A DNA stretch of 64,000 bases, taken from the NCBI GenBank assembly GCA_965238275.1, contig OZ250186.1, forward strand, positions 2,144,001 through 2,208,000. Reading direction: 5' to 3'. The notes beneath the pieces are model-generated. The model worked only from the letters and a program-made list of their open reading frames with translations, did no database searches and was not told the DNA's origin. The translations under genes were made by a program, and so were the position numbers. This document shows positions 8,568 through 16,661 of the stretch, piece after piece. Position 1 is the first letter of the stretch, and each line of letters starts with the position of its first letter. The stretch is from Nitrosopumilus sp. Lineage in GTDB: Archaea > Thermoproteota > Nitrososphaeria > Nitrososphaerales > Nitrosopumilaceae.

Positions 8568-10209
8568 GTAAACACTCAGGTCCCCCCAATCCACCTTGTT
8601 AATTCAGACTGCGACTGTCATTGCAGGTACTTCGCATGGAGGAGGCTTGAATATTTTCCAGCCAGGATCCCTGATGAGCGATTCCACTGCGATGCGTGGC
8701 AGTATTCCCTGCTTGTGGCAGGTGCGCGCAACTGAAACAAGTACAGAAAAGACCTTCATTCCCTCCGCCACTGACAGCTTGTGGCGCACGTTCCTCTGTA
8801 GCACGACGGCGTCGCGTATGTCCCGTTCTGCATCGTTATTGTGTGGAGGCATGCCGGGGTACTGCAGATACGTAAACAGGTCGGGGGCCGCACCCTCAAG
8901 GGTGGTCTTGAAGGGGTGGGATTCCCCGTAGGAGGCGGCAATTCCAAGCACGCGTTTTTCCAGGTCCCGACGCTTCGCGGCATCAGCCGTGTCCAGATCC
9001 TTAATGTCATGATACATTTTGAGCAGCCTTTCGTACTGGAGCAGATCATTGCCGCCGTTCCTGATTGCCAGCTTTTCAGCCTCGCGGAGCAGGTGTACCC
9101 AGCACCGCTGTTTGATTGGAAACACGCTGTATCCGGCATACCCGTCCACCACGACAGGAATGCCCAAAAGCCCGGCAAAGTGAAGTTCCAGTACGGCAGC
9201 GGCCCTGGTGTGGGCCACCACCACGTATGTTGCGTCTTTTATGGTGACAAGCCACGCATAGCCCCTCTTGCCGTTGATCTTGATGTATGATTCGTCCATC
9301 TGGATGTAGGGCGCGTCTGCCATCCTGTCCATGATCTCCTTGTATGCGCCCTCCAGGAGGCGCTTTAGCGCCACGCGCGCATTCCATATGGTGTTGGACG
9401 AGATCTCAAACTTGTATAATGCGTTGAAATAGTATGCGACGGTCTGGTCCGTGCTTCTCTTGTTGTAGTATTCCAGCACGAATCCCAGCGCCTTGGGGCC
9501 CAGTGACGTGCCGCACAGCGTGGGATCCGGGGCGGCAGTTATTGTGCCGCATTTGCAGCATGCTGCCTTTTCCATCACGTATGCGATACATTTGATCCCA
9601 ATCGCGTCGTCGTCGGGAAAGTCATAGACCATCTTCACTTTTGGAGCCGTATGCTGGAGCGTCTTGCTTCCGCAGCTGCCGCACCTGCTTACGCCCAGGG
9701 TAATCGTTCTGCCTGCCTTGTTCTTGTGCGAAACTCCGACATGGCCCATGGGCGGTCCGCGGCCGGTATTGTTGTTTTTTGATTCTGCATCGCCTGCTTC
9801 CGGTTTTGTGCCATCTTCTTCGGGTTCTGCATCACCCCCTTTTGGTTCTGCATCCTTTTCACGCTCCTTCCGGAAGGCATCGCGCTCTGCATTGTACATG
9901 GAAATGGTGGATGATGACATGTGCTCGCTTTCGTATGCTGCAAGCTTTCTGTCACGTTCTGCCAGATCAGATCTCAATGAATCTATTTCACGTACAAGCC
10001 TGATTGTCTCCTTGGCCAACGTGTCCTCCATCTCTTTTACCTTGGTTCTGAACATTTCATTCTCTCCGGCCAGTTTTCTGAATTCCTCGCGCAGGAGCGT
10101 AAGATCGGATTTACTCATGTGGTGGTTTTTAGACGCTACGATCTAAATTGTGATGGTCTAAATGGATGCATGTTCTGGTCAATGTTTAGGCAGGGACCTG
10201 AGTGTTTAC
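8568..10209 (-). mobile_element. IS66-family single-ORF element, complete
   Basis: Perfect 17-bp TIR GTAAACACTCAGGTCCC. 8-bp TSD CATGCGCA at 8560-8567 and 10210-10217. Confidence 0.95.
8604..10118 (-). CDS. IS66-family transposase
   Basis: QMDES, VVDGY, QRCWVHLLR and HNNDAERDIR motifs, zinc ribbon and N-terminal coiled coil. Confidence 0.92.
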   Translation of the reverse strand: MSKSDLTLLREEFRKLAGENEMFRTKVKEMEDTLAKETIRLVREIDSLRSDLAERDRKLAAYESEHMSSSTISMYNAERDAFRKEREKDAEPKGGDAEPEEDGTKPEAGDAESKNNNTGRGPPMGHVGVSHKNKAGRTITLGVSRCGSCGSKTLQHTAPKVKMVYDFPDDDAIGIKCIAYVMEKAACCKCGTITAAPDPTLCGTSLGPKALGFVLEYYNKRSTDQTVAYYFNALYKFEISSNTIWNARVALKRLLEGAYKEIMDRMADAPYIQMDESYIKINGKRGYAWLVTIKDATYVVVAHTRAAAVLELHFAGLLGIPVVVDGYAGYSVFPIKQRCWVHLLREAEKLAIRNGGNDLLQYERLLKMYHDIKDLDTADAAKRRDLEKRVLGIAASYGESHPFKTTLEGAAPDLFTYLQYPGMPPHNNDAERDIRDAVVLQRNVRHKLSVAEGMKVFSVLVSVARTCHKQGILPRIAVESLIRDPGWKIFKPPPCEVPAMTVAV

Positions 10210-10259
10210 CATGCGCATTGTGAACCGTTAAAATATGGGCGTCACGGCTTGAGGGCATC

Positions 10260-10774
10260 ATGCATGGTGCCAACTACAGGAACGGAACAGGCCAGCCATT
10301 TACGCGAAAGCAGTACATCAAGGGAAAACCGCAGATAAAGATCGCCAAGTTTCAGGGCGGCAAGAGGGGAACATACCAGTACTGCGTCCAGCTTCTCATT
10401 AATGAAAAGATTCAGATCAGGCACATGGCCATCGAGTCGACCAGACTTGCGGCAAACAAGACCCTGGAGAAGACAGTCGGGGAGACTGGCTACTATTCCA
10501 GACTCAGGATATACCCGCACAATCTCCTCAGGGAGAACAAGATGATTGCCGCCGCAGGCGCAGACAGGCTTCAGGAGGGAATGAGGCGTGCATGGGGCAA
10601 GGCAACAAGCCTCGGGGCAAGGGTCAGACAGGGCCAGTGCATCATAGACCCCGACATTATGTCAACGGGAGTGAACACCTGGAGGCTTCGAAAAAGGCAC
10701 TCAGGGGATCGTGCGTAAAGCTGCCCGGAACCCCGACAATCAAGGTAATCGAGTGGAACAAGCCATCACCATAG
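10260..10774 (+). CDS. rpl10e: 50S ribosomal protein uL16 (L10e) with an apparent frameshift at ~10647-10657
   Basis: LRENKMIAAAGADRLQEGMRRAWGK. The C-terminus YVNGSEHLEASKKALRGSCVKLPG is in another frame. Confidence 0.85.
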
Positions 10775-11029
10775 GCCCTCCAGCTGCTGCTTTTTGCCCC
10801 TTACAAACGCCAAGAATTCCTCAAACTCTTCTTTTGTCGGTTCGCGCCCAAGCACCCTCCTTGACTGATAGTAGAATGCGTTATAGAGCCTCCCCATCGC
10901 TATCCCCAGTACAAACGACCGGGAATAGTCTGCCTCAGAAAGGGATCTGGCCAGCTGCAGTATCTCATCCCTGTTTGAGACAGTCTCCTGAATCTTCTGT
11001 TCCAGCCGCTCAAGGATCACCCCATTCAC
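10766..11029 (-). CDS. Hypothetical protein
   Basis: 87-aa ORF with upstream TTTTAA box. Confidence 0.7.
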   Translation of the reverse strand: MNGVILERLEQKIQETVSNRDEILQLARSLSEADYSRSFVLGIAMGRLYNAFYYQSRRVLGREPTKEEFEEFLAFVRGKKQQLEGLW

Positions 11030-11092
11030 GACTAATGTTGGTCTTTACTGTTAAAAACAGTTTAATATTCAAATCCGGATTCTAGAACTGTC

Positions 11093-11169
11093 GCAGTTAT
11101 AGTATAGTTTGGTTATTATGCGAGCTTGCCAAGTTCGTGACCCGGGTTCAAATCCCGGTAACTGCACCA
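11093..11169 (+). tRNA. tRNA-Gly(GCC), CCA encoded
   Basis: Acceptor GCAGTTA/TAACTGC and anticodon arm CGAGC-TTGCCAA-GTTCG. Confidence 0.95.
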
Positions 11170-11597
11170 TCGGGTTCCAGGGGCGTCAGGGCCTTCCTGA
11201 TTATTGCCAGGGCATCCTGTGCCCTTGCAGGATTGGGCAGCTGAATCATAAAGACGTTATCCCTGCCGTAGTGGGATCTTGGGGAGGATAGTGCAAGCAT
11301 CGTGGCATCTGCAAGGGACTCGAAGAATGCCAGATCGGTTTTTGCATTGACCATGAATCTTTCAACCATGCCGCCCTTTGAGAACTCTAGAACAACATCC
11401 ACAAAGACATGCCCCAGCCCGTCCTGCAGGATGTTCAGATTGGTGTCGATCGAGAGCGGCCTGCCTGCAATCTCAGACAGCAGATCGTCATACCGGCTCG
11501 CCTCAATAACAATGCACGGGACCCTCCTGCCGTCAAAGTCAAAGGTGGTGACTCCGTCATGCACCCGGCTGAGCAGTCTCTTTAATTCGTCAGGCAT
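11148..11597 (-). CDS. Hypothetical protein
   Basis: 149-aa ORF whose start overlaps the antiporter stop. Confidence 0.75.
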   Translation of the reverse strand: MPDELKRLLSRVHDGVTTFDFDGRRVPCIVIEASRYDDLLSEIAGRPLSIDTNLNILQDGLGHVFVDVVLEFSKGGMVERFMVNAKTDLAFFESLADATMLALSSPRSHYGRDNVFMIQLPNPARAQDALAIIRKALTPLEPDGAVTGI

Positions 11598-12966
11598 CGT
11601 CGTCCTGCTCGTCCATTGAAAGTACCTTGTCTCCGGCCCGTACCATGTATGGTGTAAGAAACGAGGTGATTATCGCGATCATTCCCATCAGCGGAAAGAG
11701 AAAGGCGCTGACTGCGCCTATGTCCACGCCGGTCTTAATAATTACGATTGAGAATTCGCCTCTTGGCGCAGCCAGGGTAAATGCGGAGCGAAACACGCCT
11801 CCGCGCCGCTGGCGGAATATCAGGCTGGCAATCGTGTTTCCCCCAAACTTTGTACCGATGGCCACTGCAATCAGTGCGACGGCTATGAGCATATAGTCGC
11901 CAATATTGGTAATGTCCATCAGGGCGCCTATGGATATGAAAAATATTGCCACGAACATGTCCTTGATCGGGCTTGAGAGCAGCTTGGCCACTTCGGCCGA
12001 CTTTGATTCGGCCACAAGCACCCCTGCCAAAAACGCCCCGATTGCAACAGAGAGCCCCACGACGTTTGTCAGCAGGGCGTATCCAAAGCAGATTCCAAGA
12101 ATGGTAAGCAGTAGGATTTCACGATGCTCGGTTGCAGCAACCCTGTCGATCAGGGGCGTGATCAGGCGGGTGCCGACTGCAAACGTTCCAAAGATCAGTG
12201 CGGCGGCGACTGCCACAACAGTTGCAACCGACTCTGGAGATACGGTTCCAATCAGGGCAACGGACTGCAGCGAGCTGAGCAGTATTACGGCAATTACATC
12301 CTCCACAATCAGGATTCCCAGAACCCGGATGGACGACTTTTGTTGGATCTTCCCTGCATCCTCCAGAATCTTGACGATTACAGCAGTGCTGGAGATGGAC
12401 AGGGCCGCTGCAATAAACAGGGCGTCCATGAACTCCAGGCCAAGCGCAGTCGCCACGTAAAATATGGCCCCCAGCGACATGAGCAGCCCCATCGTGCCCA
12501 CGCCTATGGTGGCCCGGCCTATGCTTCGAATCTTTGCGTACGGGAACTCGATTCCAATGACAAACAGTAGCAGTATGACTCCGATATCGGCAAAGAGGTG
12601 CAGGGCAGAGATGTCAGCCAGCAGCCCCACCTCGCCGAAGATGCTGGGATCCCTCCCGTCAGGCAGAATCCATGACCAGAACGGCGAGAGAGGGCCTATC
12701 AGCATTCCCGCAAAGAGATATCCGATGATCAGCGGCTGCCGTATCTTAAAGAATGCAAGGGCGACTACGGCCCCAATAATCATGATAAAAGCCAGATCAG
12801 TGATAAAGTTGGTATGGTAAAATCCAGGAGTGACCTGGTCAATAATGGTGGTTACGGTACTGTTGAACGAGTCTTGGATTGTTGACGGATCCAGCTGGAG
12901 TAAGAAGTTCTGCATACTAACAGTTTGTACAGTATGCTTAAAAATAGATGCCATGGCAGATGGCAC
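11590..12966 (-). CDS. CPA2/Kef-type cation:proton antiporter (start uncertain, probably later)
   Basis: Many TM helices, SISSTAVIVKIL, GILIVED, GAFLAG and PRGEFS motifs. Confidence 0.88.
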   Translation of the reverse strand: MPSAMASIFKHTVQTVSMQNFLLQLDPSTIQDSFNSTVTTIIDQVTPGFYHTNFITDLAFIMIIGAVVALAFFKIRQPLIIGYLFAGMLIGPLSPFWSWILPDGRDPSIFGEVGLLADISALHLFADIGVILLLFVIGIEFPYAKIRSIGRATIGVGTMGLLMSLGAIFYVATALGLEFMDALFIAAALSISSTAVIVKILEDAGKIQQKSSIRVLGILIVEDVIAVILLSSLQSVALIGTVSPESVATVVAVAAALIFGTFAVGTRLITPLIDRVAATEHREILLLTILGICFGYALLTNVVGLSVAIGAFLAGVLVAESKSAEVAKLLSSPIKDMFVAIFFISIGALMDITNIGDYMLIAVALIAVAIGTKFGGNTIASLIFRQRRGGVFRSAFTLAAPRGEFSIVIIKTGVDIGAVSAFLFPLMGMIAIITSFLTPYMVRAGDKVLSMDEQDDDA

Positions 12967-13230
12967 CCATACCCCGGAACTGACGCGGATCCGGCATCAC
13001 ATAGCCTGCAGGCCAAACCGCACCATGCCGTAGGACGTATTGGACTCACGGATTCGTGCGATCCGGAGATACGGCGCATGCCAAATCCCTTTATTGTCAT
13101 GGAACCGCACACACACATAGAGACAGTCACATGACCAAGTGCGGGGTGATGAGTAGGTCGACTGAAACGGGATGTGGAGACATGACCTGGGGTATTTGAC
13201 TGCATTAGGTTATGCCGTGTTTGGGTTCTG

Positions 13231-14720
13231 TAGTGAAAAGCGAAAGTTCGTGCAATTTTTTGGATCCCTTTTTAAGAAAACAAATTCTATCCACATACAT
13301 GATTGTCAGCAAACGCGTTACGATAATGCAGTCTCGGGAATTGTCACGCAAGATTGTAAAATGTTCCCTGGAAACAGACGTCGTTTACGACATGACCATA
13401 CTGATGAAACTGGCCCATCCCAAAATGACCCAGTTTGACGTGAACAACCTGATAACTGGCTGGCGCAAAGAATTCAACCTGACCAACAGCGTCCGCATGC
13501 ATGAGGCCGCGTCCAAGCAGGCCCTCCAGTCGGTAATCAAATTTAAGAAATCAAATGTGAAAAAACACGCAAAACGGATCTGGCGCAAGAAGCAGATAAA
13601 GCTCGGCAAGGCCAGAACGTACAGGCACAACAGGTGGACGGATCCGTCCAGCCTGATGAGGCGCGGCAAGAAGACAACCAGGCTGCGTTCGCTGAATTCG
13701 CGCGGAAAGCCAAAACTGCGAGACGACGGCACGGTGTTCCTGCCCGGACTCGGAGGGGTAAGGCCGCGCACGGAGATCCCCGAAGGCAGGTTTGTGTCGT
13801 TCCAGATGATCGACATTACAAACAAGGTCACGCGCAAGACCAATGACGGTGATCGCAGGTTCAAACTGCATTTGCAGGTAGAAGTTCCAGACCCCGAACC
13901 AGCTGCAGGCTGCAAGGCAGGGATCGATCTGGGCGTCAGGCACCTTGCGGCAGTCGCAGACGAGGACGGGAACGAAAAACTGTACAATGTTCCTGGCGGG
14001 TGCAGGCGTCACGACGGCGACAAGATTGACCGGTTGAAGTCACGCCGGTCAAAATGCGTGCGCGGTTCGCGCAAATGGGGAAAGGTCGGCCGCATGATAC
14101 AACGTGAATTGAAAAAGATATCCGACAGGCAGAAACACAACGAAACGGGCATTGCCAGGCGGATAACAAAAGGCCTGTCTGCGGTATTTTTGGAAGACAT
14201 GGATTTGACCAGGATGAGGAGATCCAACGGAAAGGCACCAAAGACCGGGTTGAACCGCGAGATGGCATACTCTAGGATGGGGGAGTTTCGGAGCCAGGTT
14301 GAATGGCAGATGAAAAAGAAAGGCGGAGTTTCAAAACGCGTGGAATACAAGAATACCAGCCAGAGGTGTGCTGTTTGCGGAACTGTGGACAAAAAGTCCA
14401 GAAACGGCGAATCCTTTGCCTGCACTGCATGCGGGTGGTACCACCACGCCGACAAGAACGCGGCAAAAAATATTTTGGATAATGACTGCCTCCACATGGG
14501 GGCTGGCGGCCAAGCCCACAAAAACAGTGGAGGCACCATTGCAGGTGTCAAGGTCGTCACAAGGCGCGAGGATCACGGTTCAGGCAGTCCTGCAAGGGAC
14601 AGCTTGACAAGTCGGCTTGGACCCGACAACGATGATTTTGGAAGATCTGACAGAGCGCCGGAAAGGGCATCAGGGCATGCTACGGAGAAATCTGTTTGCA
14701 CAAACTTTCGCTCGCCGCTA
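13231..14720 (+). mobile_element. TIR-bounded TnpB element copy 2, intact ends, no transposase
   Basis: Left end TAGTGAAAAGCGAAAGTTCGTGCAA vs reverse complement of right end TAGCGGCGAGCGAAAGTTTGTGCAA. TA at both termini. Confidence 0.85.
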
Positions 14721-14780
14721 TGGTACCAGTCACACTGCAGAGCCAGAACCCAGACGGCCCGCATAAGGAACCGCCAATAG
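13299..14780 (+). CDS. tnpB: RNA-guided endonuclease TnpB
   Basis: GIDLG, FLEDM, zinc finger and HADKNAAKNI. Close paralogue of 2753-4198; start set by alignment (MIVSK). Confidence 0.92.
   Translation: MIVSKRVTIMQSRELSRKIVKCSLETDVVYDMTILMKLAHPKMTQFDVNNLITGWRKEFNLTNSVRMHEAASKQALQSVIKFKKSNVKKHAKRIWRKKQIKLGKARTYRHNRWTDPSSLMRRGKKTTRLRSLNSRGKPKLRDDGTVFLPGLGGVRPRTEIPEGRFVSFQMIDITNKVTRKTNDGDRRFKLHLQVEVPDPEPAAGCKAGIDLGVRHLAAVADEDGNEKLYNVPGGCRRHDGDKIDRLKSRRSKCVRGSRKWGKVGRMIQRELKKISDRQKHNETGIARRITKGLSAVFLEDMDLTRMRRSNGKAPKTGLNREMAYSRMGEFRSQVEWQMKKKGGVSKRVEYKNTSQRCAVCGTVDKKSRNGESFACTACGWYHHADKNAAKNILDNDCLHMGAGGQAHKNSGGTIAGVKVVTRREDHGSGSPARDSLTSRLGPDNDDFGRSDRAPERASGHATEKSVCTNFRSPLWYQSHCRARTQTARIRNRQ
14470..14740 (+). 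ncRNA. Predicted omegaRNA, copy 2
   Basis: GNRA hairpin 14580-14607 covaries with copy 1. The guide would be the flank after 14720. The 5' boundary is approximate. Confidence 0.65.
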
Positions 14781-15158
14781 TCATCACATGCAGCAGTGGC
14801 AGATGCCAAGACATGGTTCTGATGAACGGTGCATAAAAGCAGTCGAGTGTCACATCAGGCAGATTCTGCACAAGGCAGGCATGCTGCAGGGGATACAGCA
14901 TCAGGCCACAGGCATGGCATTACAGGAATGGAAGGGGCAGACGCCTCTAACACGTGGCGGCAGGCCGTGCAATTTGGATCCACAAAGTATTAGTAGTACC
15001 GTACTATACAGTACCATATGATTCGATGCCAGCACTGCACCATGCCATTCACGGCAACTGCAGACGGGATGGCCGAAAAGACATTTCATGAGATTCTCCA
15101 CGGTCCCAAAGTAGTCAACTAGCCCAACTCTTTTATGATAATTTTTTTAATGGAATGC

Positions 15159-16661
15159 ATGGCAAGTGCCGCAAAAAAGACTACTGGGACTGCAAAGAAG
15201 AGGGAGCCGAGTCCGGCCGCACTTTTAAAGAAGGTCGCATCAGTCTCGGACTCTACAAAGGCGCTGCAAAAGGAGATCAAGGCAATGTCAAAGATCTTTG
15301 CGGGCAACCAAAAGATACTTGTCTCGATGAAGGGTATGATGGATGCGCTGGCATCAACGCTGGAGCATGTCCAAAAGCACTCAAGGCAGATCAGCATAAT
15401 GGAGGAGGATACGCAAAAGCTGTATGCCGGCCTGAATCGCGCAAAGTCCCAGTCGGACATTATAGGCAGGCTCAACGATCAGACTGCAAGGCTGCAGGAG
15501 GAGGTGAACAGGGTCCAGAAGATACAGGAGGCATCAAACACCGGGGAGCTTGCACGGCAGGTCGAGGACAGCATGCATTCAATCCAGAACAACTCCAAGA
15601 TGATCATCAGGATTGCACAGAGAATCGACGAGATAAGGGACGAGCTCAGGGATGTCTCGGGAAGGACAGACTCGCTTTTGGAGATTGGCAGCGACATTGA
15701 CAGGCTCAAAAACAGCATGGATGACATATCAGAAAAGACCACAAGGCTGGATGCAGGGACGCATGTGATTGAAGACATCAAGGGCGAGCTTGGAAGGATT
15801 GCCGAGAAGGTCTCGTCAGATTCCAATCTTGGCTCCGAACTGGACGCAATCAGGTCGACGATTGACGCCATATCGGCAAAGGCCTCAAGGATCGACTCGC
15901 TGGGCGGCGTCATAGAGAATCTTCAGAACCAGTTTGAGGCAGTTGCCGCAGATGCCACGGACACAAACAGCATGTGCGCAAGGTCAGTCAGTGATCTTGC
16001 AGGCAAGATAGACAGGATAGAGACCGATATCGGGACACTGTCACGCAGGGCAGACTCGACGGCGTTTGTAGGGGAGGGACTCAAGTCGGTCCAGTCGGAT
16101 CTGAACAACCTCAAGGAAGGCATGCTTGAGAGGACCGACGGCATAGAGCAGAAGATTGCATCTGCCTCGGAGATGATAAGGAGGCAGGATGCAGGAAACG
16201 CAGAATTTCACAAAAAAACGGAGAGCATATTCAAGGATATTCAGGCGATCAAGAGCGCGGCAAGCAAGGCATCAGGGGACTCTTCAAGGGAGATGATGGC
16301 GCTGCTAAGGCTCTCAGAGTACCAGTCGGGCATCAGGATGAATGCAGAATCCAAGTACGGGGATTCGGTGGATCTGGAGAAGATGGCGCAGCAGACTGTG
16401 CAGATTATCAACTTGTTTGACAGAATCTCAATTGAGGCAGGTGAGGAGATCCCGCTTCCCCGCGAGGTAAGGCAGTGGGCCATAAGCAAGATTCTGGACT
16501 GTGCTGACAGGTGGGAGATTCGGTTTGAGGAGGTCTATTCCATGCTGAAAAATACGATGGGCAAAAAAACCCTCAACGAGTCCCTGAGAATTCAGCAGGT
16601 AAGGGACATTTACGGAATCAGGGCAGTAGACAAGATCAGGCGGGAACTGGACATATCCTAG
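15159..16661 (+). CDS. Long coiled-coil protein
   Basis: ~500-aa heptad-rich ORF. Confidence 0.8.
   Translation: MASAAKKTTGTAKKREPSPAALLKKVASVSDSTKALQKEIKAMSKIFAGNQKILVSMKGMMDALASTLEHVQKHSRQISIMEEDTQKLYAGLNRAKSQSDIIGRLNDQTARLQEEVNRVQKIQEASNTGELARQVEDSMHSIQNNSKMIIRIAQRIDEIRDELRDVSGRTDSLLEIGSDIDRLKNSMDDISEKTTRLDAGTHVIEDIKGELGRIAEKVSSDSNLGSELDAIRSTIDAISAKASRIDSLGGVIENLQNQFEAVAADATDTNSMCARSVSDLAGKIDRIETDIGTLSRRADSTAFVGEGLKSVQSDLNNLKEGMLERTDGIEQKIASASEMIRRQDAGNAEFHKKTESIFKDIQAIKSAASKASGDSSREMMALLRLSEYQSGIRMNAESKYGDSVDLEKMAQQTVQIINLFDRISIEAGEEIPLPREVRQWAISKILDCADRWEIRFEEVYSMLKNTMGKKTLNESLRIQQVRDIYGIRAVDKIRRELDIS

Noticed and set aside
11130-11139. tRNA-Gly contains CAAGTTCGTG, matching the 5' arm of the predicted target loop
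   Set aside because: The left half (TGCCAAG) does not match the GCGAAAG arm and the observed insertion is in the TnpB TIR; probably chance.
13212-13298. Longer N-terminus of tnpB copy 2
   Set aside because: It starts outside the element and spans the TIR and promoter; copy 1 begins at MIVSK.
14721-14740. Trans targets of the TnpB guides within the window
   Set aside because: By eye I found only short (about 8-nt) matches; a computed search is needed to exclude them fully.
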